The notes: generated from the letters alone by a model not told the origin. 64,000 nt of DNA from Nitrospirota bacterium (GCA_963754875.1 CAVWHO010000007.1:1-64000); one strand, 5' to 3'. Shown: positions 11,117-20,894, numbered from the stretch's first letter. Program-made: numbers and translations.

Positions 11117-12025
11117 CTACTTTTTTTCGCCGATCACTGTTTCCGTGAGCGAATCCTTGATCGCTCCCGGCGCGCTCATGATGGACATAAAGCTGTTGCT
11201 GCCCATCATGCTCAGGTCCGGGAAGTCGATGGCAATGCGAAACCGGGCGAACAGGTGATACACTTTGTTCCCTGACACCAGAATTTCATAGGGGAGATGC
11301 GCCGTCGATTTGACGTCCCCGAAGTCGATGTAGTCCATGATGTACTTGTCAGCGCCCTTTCCCTTCGTAATAGCAACGCCGAATACGGCCTCTTCCTTGC
11401 CGGGGATATCGATGCGGTAGACTTTGGTCACTCCTGCCTTGCCCGCAGCGAGGCCCGCTTCGACCGCGGCGGTTGCATCCTGAAAGCTCTTGAACTCCGC
11501 GAGCTGATTTTTCCCCAGGCTGTCGAAGTACTCCATGCCGAAGGTATAATGGTATTTGCGCAGGTCCTTGTCCGAGAGCCCCTTCTCAGAGCCGAATTCC
11601 TTTTGCTTGCCCAGGGCTGCTTCCAGTTTCGTTTTCACGTCCATCAGACTTCCCTGCATCCGGTAGGCCGCTGCCATGTAAGGCGGATTGGTATAAGACA
11701 CCTGGATCTTGTCCTTGACTTTGGTCACGGCCACGCGCTGGGCAGCACCGTACCCCCCGAAATCGCTCTTTGCTGCATTGGCCTTTAATGCATCGCTGGT
11801 CACCACGATCACCGTGGCATTCGGATAGGGCGAATAACTGCCGACAACCTCGAAACCCTGGCCCTGGAGGGCGGTCTTGGCCGCGGCTACGGCTTGCTCC
11901 AGGTTCCCCTGCTGCGGCTCCGTACCAAGGACAAAAGGCTTCAACCCTTCTGCCTGGGCCAAAGACGAAACGGTGAATAATGCCAAACCGACAAGTACAA
12001 CACCGATGAGTGTGCGCAGTTTCAT
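11117..12025 (-). CDS. Conserved-looking periplasmic hypothetical protein
   Basis: 302 aa, signal peptide ending AQA, GAGGAG RBS, host-like codon usage. Confidence 0.8.
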   Translation of the reverse strand: MKLRTLIGVVLVGLALFTVSSLAQAEGLKPFVLGTEPQQGNLEQAVAAAKTALQGQGFEVVGSYSPYPNATVIVVTSDALKANAAKSDFGGYGAAQRVAVTKVKDKIQVSYTNPPYMAAAYRMQGSLMDVKTKLEAALGKQKEFGSEKGLSDKDLRKYHYTFGMEYFDSLGKNQLAEFKSFQDATAAVEAGLAAGKAGVTKVYRIDIPGKEEAVFGVAITKGKGADKYIMDYIDFGDVKSTAHLPYEILVSGNKVYHLFARFRIAIDFPDLSMMGSNSFMSIMSAPGAIKDSLTETVIGEKK

Positions 12026-12218
12026 TGTGTTCTCCTCTCTGGTATTGGTTTGAAAAAAATGGGCCCAACGCCCTCTTATGCTGTGTTGAAAGACAACGGC
12101 TAAAAGTAAGGCCGGGTTGTTTCCTCAAACGCAGGATTTACTGACACTAGCAAATGGGATGCAGAAAGTCAAGAATATTAGCAACTCCGCAAATATTCAA
12201 ACTTGATAAGTTCCAATG

Positions 12219-13775
12219 TCAGGACTTTGCAAAAAAAGATGCGTGATTGGAGGTGAATACCGGCGGATCGTTTTTGAGAATAGCCGCAACTGCAGGGTGG
12301 CGCTTGAATTCCGTGTCCAGGAACTGCCGGACCATTTTTCGGTCCCATCCTTGTGGATGTCTGAAGCCTGTATAGAGCGAAAGGTCTCCTTCATAGAACT
12401 GTTCGGTTTCGAATGTCTCCGCTTCTTCGCTGCATAGAGGCATGTTGAAAATCGCAAGGTTCAGATAGCTGATCGCGTCCGCGTGCCGGACAACGAATTC
12501 GAGCGTCCTGCGGGCTTCGGTTATTGTCTCTGCAGGCGTGCCGAAGAGAAGATAAACATAGGTTGCGATTCCCGCACGCTTCAAGTTACTCAATATCTGC
12601 GACGCAGCCCCAAGGTCTATTCCCTTCTGCAATCTATCGAGAACGCCCTGGTCCCCTGATTCCAAACCGAGCTTGAGCATAACACACCCCGATCGTTTGA
12701 GCGCCATGCAATGATCTTTGTCCAGAAGGTCCTTGCTGATCCGTGCGAACCCATACCACGTGACGCCAAGGGGTTCGTGAGCAAGCGCACGCATGAGCGC
12801 AGGACTGATTGCGTTGTCGAGCAAATGGATAATGACCGGCTGCGTTTTCGCGACCAAAGACTGTAGCTCGGTCATGGCGTGTGCTGTCGGAATGGGAAAG
12901 TAAGGATTATCTTCAGCAGTCTCGGGGCAGAAGGAACATTTGCTCCAGTAGCAGCCGCTTGATCCGCTGTACGGGAGAATAAATCCCGGTGAAAGATATT
13001 CTTGAAGGGGCAGACCTGCGTAGTCCGGTTCGAAGTGATTCTGCTTCGGTTCTTTGACGCCGAGCAGATCGAGCAAAGGCCCCTCTCCCGGACCGGCGGT
13101 GAGATGATCGACGAGCTTGCCAAAGGGATTTTTGAAGCCCGACCTCTTCATCCACGAAGTGACAAGCCCGCCGCCGAGCACGATCTTTACTGCCGGGAAC
13201 GCACTTCGAACATAGCCGATCATTGCAAAAGTACAGAGTGCCTGACTCAGGTAGTTGAGCGAAAAACCGAGTAGGGGTCCGGAGCCTGTTCCCTGCAAAG
13301 TCGAAGGCCGCCCTTGCAAGAAGCATGATGCTTTGATGATTTCCGGCAAACGCTTGCTGAAGTACGGGAAGAATGGATTTTGTTCCGGATGAGCGGCTGC
13401 GGTAATTAAATCCTCGCTCTTGACTGGAGACAGATCATGATCGTGATAGTCCGCCAACCCCAGGATAGCGCCCCTTTCTTTGACCGAGACTTCCAGAACG
13501 CGCTGCAGGTCCTGAACGGCCCTGCTGTACCGGCTGAGAGATCGATAAGTCCTCGCGTCGCGGAGCGCTGCAAGATTGTTTGAAATATTTTTTACTGACC
13601 TGCGCGTCCAGGTATCAGTTGCGGCATAAGACTGCTGAAGGAGGAAAAGAAGCCCTTCAAGGTTTGCGTCGAGGATTGTGCAGGAAATATCGTGCGCTTT
13701 GAGCGCGCCTGCCAGTTTCGCTATGCCGGCAGGCGGCTCGCAGGGCTTTGCCGCAGGAGGGAAGATCAAAAGCAT
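12219..13775 (-). CDS. B12-binding-domain radical SAM protein
   Basis: N-terminal LLIFPP...PPAGIAKL...DANLE, VLGGG, CYWSKCSFC, LGLESG, YLLFGTP. Confidence 0.88.
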   Translation of the reverse strand: MLLIFPPAAKPCEPPAGIAKLAGALKAHDISCTILDANLEGLLFLLQQSYAATDTWTRRSVKNISNNLAALRDARTYRSLSRYSRAVQDLQRVLEVSVKERGAILGLADYHDHDLSPVKSEDLITAAAHPEQNPFFPYFSKRLPEIIKASCFLQGRPSTLQGTGSGPLLGFSLNYLSQALCTFAMIGYVRSAFPAVKIVLGGGLVTSWMKRSGFKNPFGKLVDHLTAGPGEGPLLDLLGVKEPKQNHFEPDYAGLPLQEYLSPGFILPYSGSSGCYWSKCSFCPETAEDNPYFPIPTAHAMTELQSLVAKTQPVIIHLLDNAISPALMRALAHEPLGVTWYGFARISKDLLDKDHCMALKRSGCVMLKLGLESGDQGVLDRLQKGIDLGAASQILSNLKRAGIATYVYLLFGTPAETITEARRTLEFVVRHADAISYLNLAIFNMPLCSEEAETFETEQFYEGDLSLYTGFRHPQGWDRKMVRQFLDTEFKRHPAVAAILKNDPPVFTSNHASFFAKS

Positions 13776-13850
13776 GGATTTATTATGCCCGACGGAAGAC
13801 AGGATAGCAAGGGCGTTCGTTGTTCCCCGGCATGCATAACGAACAATTGC

Positions 13851-13898
13851 GTGGGGCCTCCTCCGGCAGGGGCCGGGGGAGGCAAGTCGCGGGATTCA
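13851..13898. repeat. Dispersed hairpin repeat, copy 3
   Basis: GTGGGGCCTCCTCCGGCAGGGGCCGGGGGAGGCAAGTCGCGGGATTCA; its last 3 nt are the stop codon of the neighbouring gene. Confidence 0.85.
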
Positions 13899-14099
13899 AA
13901 ATTGCACGAAATAGGGCAAGGCCATCAATGCAATGCCGATCAGCACGAGGAGGAAAACGTTGGAGACGACGTAGGGTATCACTATGAGCGCAAAACCGGA
14001 AAGGAGCGCCGCTCCCCGCCGTTGCTTTTTCCCATAGATGAAATACCCCATGCCGATCGACCCGAATATCACACCCCAGATTAATGCCGAGCTATCCAT
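13896..14099 (-). CDS. Small membrane protein
   Basis: 67 aa hydrophobic, FGSIGMGYFIYGKKQ. Confidence 0.8.
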   Translation of the reverse strand: MDSSALIWGVIFGSIGMGYFIYGKKQRRGAALLSGFALIVIPYVVSNVFLLVLIGIALMALPYFVQF

Positions 14100-14367
14100 C
14101 GCGTGTTTCTACCCTTTCAGTACTTGAGTTATCCTGCTGAGAATCTGGAGGTCACGGTGGGCAACACCGTGCCCGATATCTCTTCCCGCCATTTCATTGT
14201 TCATGGGAGGAAAAGCGCTGCATACGCCAAAGGCTGCCTCTTGGCTTCGATAATTTTCAATGAAGAAGGACGGAATGAGGGTTTGAGAATGTTGATGATG
14301 CGAAGCATTTCTTGAGGTATGCCTGTCCACCTGTACTCGTGGTTTCGGAGCGCCAGCGGCCGCCCGC

Positions 14368-14679
14368 TTAACAACGTTTTTGGTGGGGGCCTACAAGGTC
14401 CCAGACAAGGCAGGAGCTGACCTGCAGTCCTTCTTTATTCTTGCGCAAACGATAAAGCCGGCTGCCTGCGAATTGTCCGCCGAAATATGCTGCTATCATG
14501 ATCGGGAAGGTAATGAGCTGAAAACCCATGCCGGAGAGCAGCCGAAGGGCAATGACAAAGGGGACCGGCACATGGACCGAGAGAAACCAGGGGATTGAGA
14601 ATTTCCGCACATTCGCCCTCCAGTAGCCGAAAGGAATGTTCAGAAGAAAGACAAGAGATGCGACTGTCAAGAGATTCAT
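14368..14679 (-). CDS. Small membrane hypothetical protein
   Basis: GGAG RBS; NIPFGYWR...KFS..WFLSVHVPVPF. Confidence 0.75.
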   Translation of the reverse strand: MNLLTVASLVFLLNIPFGYWRANVRKFSIPWFLSVHVPVPFVIALRLLSGMGFQLITFPIMIAAYFGGQFAGSRLYRLRKNKEGLQVSSCLVWDLVGPHQKRC

Positions 14680-14810
14680 TGGTGACTCCAGGAGCTTAGC
14701 GAATAAAAAAACACATCTTGTATAATACCTCAGTGCAAACAAAATGTGAAGGGCAAATTTTAGGCATTAGCTGCCTACTATGACCTATCACAAGCACCAG
14801 GTTTGCTTAA

Positions 14811-15344
14811 TTATTTTCGAACACTTCTCTCTTTTGCTGACTGCAGCGCCTGCATGATCTTCGCGCAAACCTCTTCATGGCTGAGACCGACACAATCAAC
14901 GGTAATGTCCGCGTATTTCCGGTATAGGGCGCAGCGCTCGGCAAAAAGGTCGTCTAGAGTCTGGTCCGGGCGCTTTGCAAGACCCCGTGTAGCAAAATCA
15001 CGGACCCTCGCTTTTAATGTGTCCAGATCCACATCCAGGAAGACGACAGTGCCGTCGGCTCTAAGGTGCTCCATGGCGGATTGACTGTACACGGCACTGC
15101 CGCCGGTCGCAATGACGTGATTGCTGATAAGGAGACCGAGAAGGGCCTTTTCCTCGATTGCTCGCAAGACGAGGTAGCCGCTGCTGTCGACAATGTCCTG
15201 CAAGGATCGCCCGTGCTGCGTCTGGATCAGGACGTCGGTGTCAATAAAATTTTTTCCGAGCAGTTTTGCCAGTATGATGCCGACGCTGCTCTTGCCCGAA
15301 CCGGGCATGCCGATGAGGACGATGTTGGACGGTTGGAGAGTCAT
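14811..15344 (-). CDS. aroK: Shikimate kinase
   Basis: NIVLIGMPGSGKS, FIDTD, VIATGGS, LYRKYAD. Confidence 0.92.
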   Translation of the reverse strand: MTLQPSNIVLIGMPGSGKSSVGIILAKLLGKNFIDTDVLIQTQHGRSLQDIVDSSGYLVLRAIEEKALLGLLISNHVIATGGSAVYSQSAMEHLRADGTVVFLDVDLDTLKARVRDFATRGLAKRPDQTLDDLFAERCALYRKYADITVDCVGLSHEEVCAKIMQALQSAKERSVRK

Positions 15345-15354
15345 GATGTCATGG

Positions 15355-15397
15355 AAAAAAAGATGCTGGAGCGGTTGTTGCCATGCTCCAGCACATC
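15355..15397 (-). terminator. Intrinsic terminator
   Basis: TGCTGGAGC...GCTCCAGCA stem, T run on the minus strand. Confidence 0.65.
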
Positions 15398-15444
15398 GAA
15401 TTATTTGTCTGTTCGGCTCGGAGATTTCTTCAAGCCGGTGAACG

Positions 15445-15853
15445 CTAATTGGCCGAAGCCATCAGCCGTTCCTTGTCCTTAAACAGCACGTCGCACTTGT
15501 TCATATAGAGCTTCCGCACAATGCCCTTGCCGAAGGTATGGTGATCGACAACGTCGCCGATACGGTATTTCATGGACATGCTGTACACGTGCTCTTTTCC
15601 CTTTGGCCCCGGCCAGCCCCGCTTCCCACTCTGCCGCAGCAGCATCGATTTTATGGCTTTCTTTTTTCACTCTCGGGACGCGAACTTTCGGGGGATCGGC
15701 CGGATTCCTGAATTTGTGCGTGCTACCGCAGGTTTTACACTGCACTTTGACGATCGTTTCGCCGTTCATGGCAACAACGACGTGATCAAGACTCAGTTTG
15801 CACTTCGTACAAAGGGACGCGATGTTTTCACCTGCAGAATACTTTTCCACCAT
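15445..15853 (-). pseudogene. Zn-ribbon plus C-terminal SH3/Tudor-like protein split by a +1 frameshift (possibly a sequencing error)
   Basis: CTKC..H..CKTCGSTH in one frame, YRIGDVVDHHTFGKGIV in another; the frames join on removing one base near 15595-15598. Confidence 0.75.
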
Positions 15854-16085
15854 GGGTTCTCCTTAGCTTCAGATCGTTTTTTCGCTTCTACAGCGCTTAT
15901 CTCAGCACTCTCGGGAAGGCAATTTTCGGGTAGCAGAAGCTGTGCATTTACCAATTTATTAGTATACACCTTTAGTGCCCAAAAAGCTCTAACTCTTTTT
16001 CTCGTGAGATGCCGCGATTGGGCTGTTCGCAGGGGCCTCCCCGTTGCATTGTGAAGCACGTTATAATGTGCTATAATGCTTCACT

Positions 16086-16832
16086 ATGAAAACTCTCAAT
16101 TTCTCAGGCCTGAATCCTGCGGTTGCGAAAAAAATTTCGCCCATGATCGATGATCTGCTCAGTGCCCATGAGTCGAACCTGCATTCCATCCACATCGTGG
16201 GGAGCGCGGTCATCCAGGATTATGATGAGAAGCTGTCCGACATCAACTCCCTGGTCCTTCTGCACAACATGGACCTTCGGTTCATCACCTATCTCGCTCC
16301 GCTCGGCAAGAAGTACGGCAAAAAGCGGATAGCTGCACCGCTTGTCATGACTCCGGAGTATATTACCGCTTCTTTGGACGCGTTTCCTGTTGAGTTCCTT
16401 GACTTCAAGCTTATCCACAAAACGGTATACGGGGCCGACGTGCTGCAGGACCTCCAGATCGGCGTACCCGAGCTCCGGCTCCAGTGCGAGCGGGAGATAA
16501 AAACCAAGCTGATCCGCGTGCGGCAGGGATATATTTCATCGCTGGGGAAAAAAGAGCTGCTCTCCGCATCCCTCGTCCAATCCATAACGGGGTCGATGGC
16601 GCTCTTCCGCGCGATCATCACGCTGCTCGGCAAAGAACCGCCCATCCAGAGAATGGACGTGATCCATGCAGTTGTCCATGCGGCAAAGATCGATACCAAC
16701 ATTTTCGAAAAGCTGTTCAAACTCAAGGCCAATCTCATCAAACCCTCGGAGCAGGACCTGCATGTGTTCTTCGAGCAATATTACCGCGCCCTCGAGTCCA
16801 CAGGAAAGATCATTGATGACCTCCGTGTTTAG
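16086..16832 (+). CDS. Nucleotidyltransferase-like protein associated with LemA/TPM
   Basis: VGSA...SDIN motif, DAFPVEFLD, LRLQCERE. Confidence 0.75.
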   Translation: MKTLNFSGLNPAVAKKISPMIDDLLSAHESNLHSIHIVGSAVIQDYDEKLSDINSLVLLHNMDLRFITYLAPLGKKYGKKRIAAPLVMTPEYITASLDAFPVEFLDFKLIHKTVYGADVLQDLQIGVPELRLQCEREIKTKLIRVRQGYISSLGKKELLSASLVQSITGSMALFRAIITLLGKEPPIQRMDVIHAVVHAAKIDTNIFEKLFKLKANLIKPSEQDLHVFFEQYYRALESTGKIIDDLRV

Positions 16833-17598
16833 GAAATTCGCTGTCACATTTTTCCTCATCATCTCCTTTTTCGTTTCCAGCGCGCCTGCCTCCACACCGG
16901 AGCCGCCAGCGGTCCCGCGCGACTATGTCGTCGATCTGGCCGGAGTGGTCCCCCCGGATATGCAGGCCCGGCTGAATGCCTTTCTCAAGGAACTGGAGCA
17001 AAAGACGACGGCCCAGGTCCTGGTGCTCACGGTCCAGAGTCTCGATGGCCAGAGCATCGAGGAATTTGCATTCAACACGAAGGAGCAGTGGAAGCTCGGA
17101 CAAAAGGGCAAAGACAACGGCGTGTTGCTCGTCGTAGCAGTGAAGGACCGCAAATACCGCTTCGAGATCGGCTACGGCCTGGAAAGCGTGCTCCCCGACA
17201 GTTTGGTAGGAACGATCGGTCGCGAATACCTGGTCCCCTATTTCAGGAAAGGCGACTTCGGTTCCGGGATCTATGCCGCCGTAGTCGTGGCCGCGAATAC
17301 GATCGCGTCTCATGAAGGCGTGCAGATTTCGGGGATGCCCGAAGTTCGCCAGACCCGCGGCACTTATGCCGGCAAGCCGCTAGGGGCCTTCCAGACCGTT
17401 GTGGTCATCATCTTTGGCATAATCGCGGTCATTCTCTTCATAACCCATCCACGCCAGTGTTTCCTGATCCTGTTGCTCTCTCAAATGGGAGGCGGAAGGG
17501 GCGGCTGGTCCGGCGGTAACGGAGGTTTCGGAGGCGGCAGTTTCGGAGGCGGAGGCGGCGGAAGCGGGGGCGGGGGCGGGGCGTCGGGAGGATGGTAA
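16816..17598 (+). CDS. TPM domain membrane protein (YgcG-like)
   Basis: VVDLAGV, WKLGQKGKDNGVLL, EIGYGLE, Gly-rich tail ending GASGGW. Confidence 0.9.
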   Translation: MTSVFRKFAVTFFLIISFFVSSAPASTPEPPAVPRDYVVDLAGVVPPDMQARLNAFLKELEQKTTAQVLVLTVQSLDGQSIEEFAFNTKEQWKLGQKGKDNGVLLVVAVKDRKYRFEIGYGLESVLPDSLVGTIGREYLVPYFRKGDFGSGIYAAVVVAANTIASHEGVQISGMPEVRQTRGTYAGKPLGAFQTVVVIIFGIIAVILFITHPRQCFLILLLSQMGGGRGGWSGGNGGFGGGSFGGGGGGSGGGGGASGGW

Positions 17599-17674
17599 AA
17601 ATAGTTCAGAGTTCAAAGTTACAGAGTACGAAACACTTAATAAATAAACGGCAAACTTTAATCAGGAGGAGCAC

Positions 17675-18250
17675 ATGAACAACGGAGTAAAAACACTACT
17701 GATCGTTCTCGGAGTCCTTGCAGTGGCCGTGATCCTGACCGTTATGTGGGGCGTGGGCCAGTATAACCAGGTCGTTTCCATGGACGAGCAGGTCAAGTCG
17801 CAGTGGGCGCAGGTGGAGAACCAGCTGAAGCGCCGTTACGACTTGATCCCGAACCTCGTTGAGACCGTAAAGGGCTATGCCAAACACGAGCGGGAGATAT
17901 TCGAGAACATCGCGAACGCTCGGACCAAATATTTTCAGGCGAACACCGTGAAGGACAAGATCCAGGCGTCGCAGCAGCTCGAAGGCGTCCTTTCACGGCT
18001 CCTCATGCTGAAAGAAACCTATCCCCAGCTCAAGGCGAACGAATCGTTCCTGAAGCTGCAGGACAGTTTGGAAGGCACGGAGAACAGGATTGCCGTGGAG
18101 CGTATGCGCTACAACAACGATGTGAAAGCGCTCAACACCTATCGCAGGACCGTGTTCGGAAGGTTCATCGCTTCTCTGGCAGGCGTAAATGAAGCGCAGT
18201 ACTACGAGATTCCGCAGGCGGAGCAGGAAACGCCGAAAGTGAAGTTTTAA
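17675..18250 (+). CDS. lemA: LemA family protein
   Basis: QLKRRYDLIPNLVETVKGYA, YPQLKAN, LEGTENRI. Confidence 0.93.
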   Translation: MNNGVKTLLIVLGVLAVAVILTVMWGVGQYNQVVSMDEQVKSQWAQVENQLKRRYDLIPNLVETVKGYAKHEREIFENIANARTKYFQANTVKDKIQASQQLEGVLSRLLMLKETYPQLKANESFLKLQDSLEGTENRIAVERMRYNNDVKALNTYRRTVFGRFIASLAGVNEAQYYEIPQAEQETPKVKF

Positions 18251-18270
18251 AAGCGGCCAGCTGGCGGCAG

Positions 18271-19923
18271 TCAGCCGACCTGCACGGCCTCTGCCGCCTT
18301 CTCCACCGTGAGCCAGGTCCTGCTCGTAAGGTCCTCAAACGCCGTCATCGCGGCAATCGACCCGTGCGCCACGGCGACCACAATCTGCTTCGGCGCGCCG
18401 GTAATGTCTCCTGCGGCGTACACGTTGGGCATGGACGTCCGCATCGTGGCCAGGTCGGTCTTGATATAACCCTGGTCGTCAAGTTCGAGCCCGAGCTGCT
18501 TTGCAAGATCGATGTTCGGTACGTAGCCGATGGCAACGAACACGCCGTCAACGGCCATGTCCTTGACCTTCCCGGTCCGCTTGTCCTCCACTTTGACCGC
18601 TTTCACAATCTTATCGCCCGAAATTTCCTTCACCTCGCTGTTCCACAGCGCGGTGATCCCGGACTGTTTGAAGCTTTCCTGGAGCCTCGATTCTGCACGG
18701 AGCGAGTCCCGACGGTGGATAAGGGTCACTTGGGCGCCGATGTTGTGGAGGTAAAGAGCGTCTGTGATCGCCGTATTGCCGCCGCCCACGACGACCACCT
18801 GCTTGCCGTCCTTGAAGAAGTATCCGTCGCACGTCGCGCAGTAGCTTACTCCCCTGCCGTAGAATTTCTGGGCCCCCGCTGCTTCGAGCGCCCGGTTACC
18901 GACGCCGGTCGCGATGACCAGCCCCTTGGTGATGTAGATGGCGTGGTTCGTCTTGATCCGGATCCTGTTGTCCGGCCGGTCCTTCTCCACCTCGGTAACG
19001 AATTCGCCCACGTGGATTTCGCTGTACTGAGCCGCCTGCTGTGCAATGAGGTCCACGAGGCTTTTTCCGCCGATCCGCATGAACCCCGGATAATTCTCGA
19101 CCACCGGCGTGATGGTCACCTGCCCGCCGAGGTTGTTCTTTTCAATCACGATGCTGTTGAGGCCCGCGCGCACGGCATAGATCGCCGTCGTGAGGCCTGC
19201 CGGTCCGCCGCCGACAATGACGAGGTCCTTTTCGATCGGCTCGCCGGAGATCTGCGTCGATGCCATCTGCGGCTCCTTGAGCGAGAGCAGAGACTCGACG
19301 AACCACGGCTCGGGCTGCAGGCCTGCGCCGGTGAAGGTCCCGTTCATGAACGTCTGTGGTACGGCCAGGGAACCGAGGCTTTCCGCAAGGTCCTGGTTCT
19401 CGTAGATCTCAACGGACTCTGCTGATACCAGATCGGGTTTCACGATCGCGGCTGAGAAGGCCGACAGCACCTGCTGCGGGCAGTACGGACAGGTGGGGCT
19501 GACGAAGACCTGGATGTCCCGCTTTTCCCGAAGCTCGTCAAAGATTTTCTTTGCCGTTGGTTCGGTTAAAAGGCCCTTGCCGGTGGAAGCCATCATGATG
19601 GCGATCAGAAACGAGCGGCCCTCCTCGCCCAGCGGTGCGCCGGTATAGCGTATGCGGTACTTATCCGGCGCGATGAGGACCGATGGCGCGCGGGTGACGT
19701 TCCGCTTGACTGACTGCTCGTCGCCGACAATATGGAACGACACCTTCAGTTTTTCGGACAGCGCCGCAAGCGCCTTGACCAGGTTGATAGTCGCGTCGTT
19801 GAACTGGTCGTTCTTGCCCTTCTGGGTATAGACTTCAAGGATAACGTCATCCTTAAGGGATTCCAGAAACGTTTCCTTGATGACCTTTTTTACATCGTCC
19901 GGGATGATTTCTTGTTCTGCCAT
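18271..19923 (-). CDS. Thioredoxin-disulfide reductase with N-terminal AhpF/PDO-like thioredoxin-fold domains
   Basis: FVSPTCPYCP; GGGPAGL; GVSYCATCDG; GGGNTA; YAAGDITG. Confidence 0.88.
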   Translation of the reverse strand: MAEQEIIPDDVKKVIKETFLESLKDDVILEVYTQKGKNDQFNDATINLVKALAALSEKLKVSFHIVGDEQSVKRNVTRAPSVLIAPDKYRIRYTGAPLGEEGRSFLIAIMMASTGKGLLTEPTAKKIFDELREKRDIQVFVSPTCPYCPQQVLSAFSAAIVKPDLVSAESVEIYENQDLAESLGSLAVPQTFMNGTFTGAGLQPEPWFVESLLSLKEPQMASTQISGEPIEKDLVIVGGGPAGLTTAIYAVRAGLNSIVIEKNNLGGQVTITPVVENYPGFMRIGGKSLVDLIAQQAAQYSEIHVGEFVTEVEKDRPDNRIRIKTNHAIYITKGLVIATGVGNRALEAAGAQKFYGRGVSYCATCDGYFFKDGKQVVVVGGGNTAITDALYLHNIGAQVTLIHRRDSLRAESRLQESFKQSGITALWNSEVKEISGDKIVKAVKVEDKRTGKVKDMAVDGVFVAIGYVPNIDLAKQLGLELDDQGYIKTDLATMRTSMPNVYAAGDITGAPKQIVVAVAHGSIAAMTAFEDLTSRTWLTVEKAAEAVQVG

Positions 19924-20013
19924 AAAGAACCTCTCTACGATCACAAAAGACAGACGGCAGATGCCAGACTGAAGCAAAGTCCGTGCTCTGTCATCTGTGC
20001 TCTGAAATCTGCC

Positions 20014-20571
20014 TCACTTGATTCTCTGCGAAATCTTCTTAAATTCCTCCGTGCTTGCCACTTTGAGCAGCTGGAAAAGCACGGTCTCTGTGCAGGTCAC
20101 GACAGCGCCGGCATCATGCATGAACGCTATTCCGGTCTTCCAGTTCTCTTTGGTGCGCGAGCAGATGGCGTCCTGCACCACATGCGTGACAAGCCCCGCC
20201 TGGAGAAGGCTCGTCGTGGTCTGGAGCACGCATACGTGCGTCTCCATGCCGGTCACGATGATTTTCTTTTTTCCCGATTTTTTGATCTCAGAAAGGAACG
20301 AAGGTTCGCCGCAGCAGTCGAAGGAGGTCTTCTCGATCGGCTTATATCCGGGAATGCTCGACTGCAGCTCCGATACGGTCCTGCCGAGGCCCTTGGGGTA
20401 CTGTTCAGTCATCATGACCGGGAAGTTGATCATCTTTGCCAGCTCGATCAGGTGTTGCGTGTTCTTCACGACCTTGTCTTTTTCTTTCATCACCGCAGCC
20501 AGCCGTTCCTGGATGTCGATAATCAGGAGCAGTGAGTCGTTTTTATCAAGAAAAAAATTATCAATTCCCAT
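20014..20571 (-). CDS. Isochorismatase family cysteine hydrolase
   Basis: IIDIQERL, TEQYPKGLG, GMETHVCVLQT. Confidence 0.9.
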   Translation of the reverse strand: MGIDNFFLDKNDSLLLIIDIQERLAAVMKEKDKVVKNTQHLIELAKMINFPVMMTEQYPKGLGRTVSELQSSIPGYKPIEKTSFDCCGEPSFLSEIKKSGKKKIIVTGMETHVCVLQTTTSLLQAGLVTHVVQDAICSRTKENWKTGIAFMHDAGAVVTCTETVLFQLLKVASTEEFKKISQRIK

Positions 20572-20656
20572 TCAGCAGGGTTCTCCTTACGATAGTTTAA
20601 TTGTAGCGGCCTTTTCTCATTTCCCATTCCCTACTTCGCATTCCCTATTCACTCTG

Positions 20657-20673
20657 ACCGGCAACCTGCCGGT
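20657..20673 (-). promoter_or_regulatory. Putative SECIS hairpin for the UGA at 20685-20687
   Basis: ACCGGCA-GGT-TGCCGGT, a 17-nt hairpin starting 11 nt after the UGA. Confidence 0.75.
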
Positions 20674-20675
20674 TG

Positions 20676-20894
20676 TCACACGCCTCATGCGCCGCCTTCA
20701 TAGCCCACGGTCACCTTTCCATCCTCGACGATGACCGGGACTTTTCGGAGGCCCTTCGAAAATTCCAGCATTTCATTCAGTTTTGAGCCGTCTATCTTTA
20801 CGTCGAAATATACAGCGCGGTTACCGAAAGCCGACCTGGCCTTGTCCGTATGCGGTCAGCCGGCTTTCCCGAAAATTTTCACTTGCTCTGCCAT
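20676..20894 (-). CDS. Glutaredoxin-like selenoprotein with two Sec (UXX-star type)
   Basis: AAGGAGG RBS; MAEQVKIFGKAG-U-PHTDKARSAFGNRAVYFDVKIDGSKLNEMLEFSKGLRKVPVIVEDGKVTVGYEGGA-U-GV*; not in the ORF track. Confidence 0.85.

Noticed and set aside
18364..19425. Long antisense ORFs here and at 26026-27015 and 33782-34954
   Set aside because: Codon-bias shadows of well-supported opposite-strand genes
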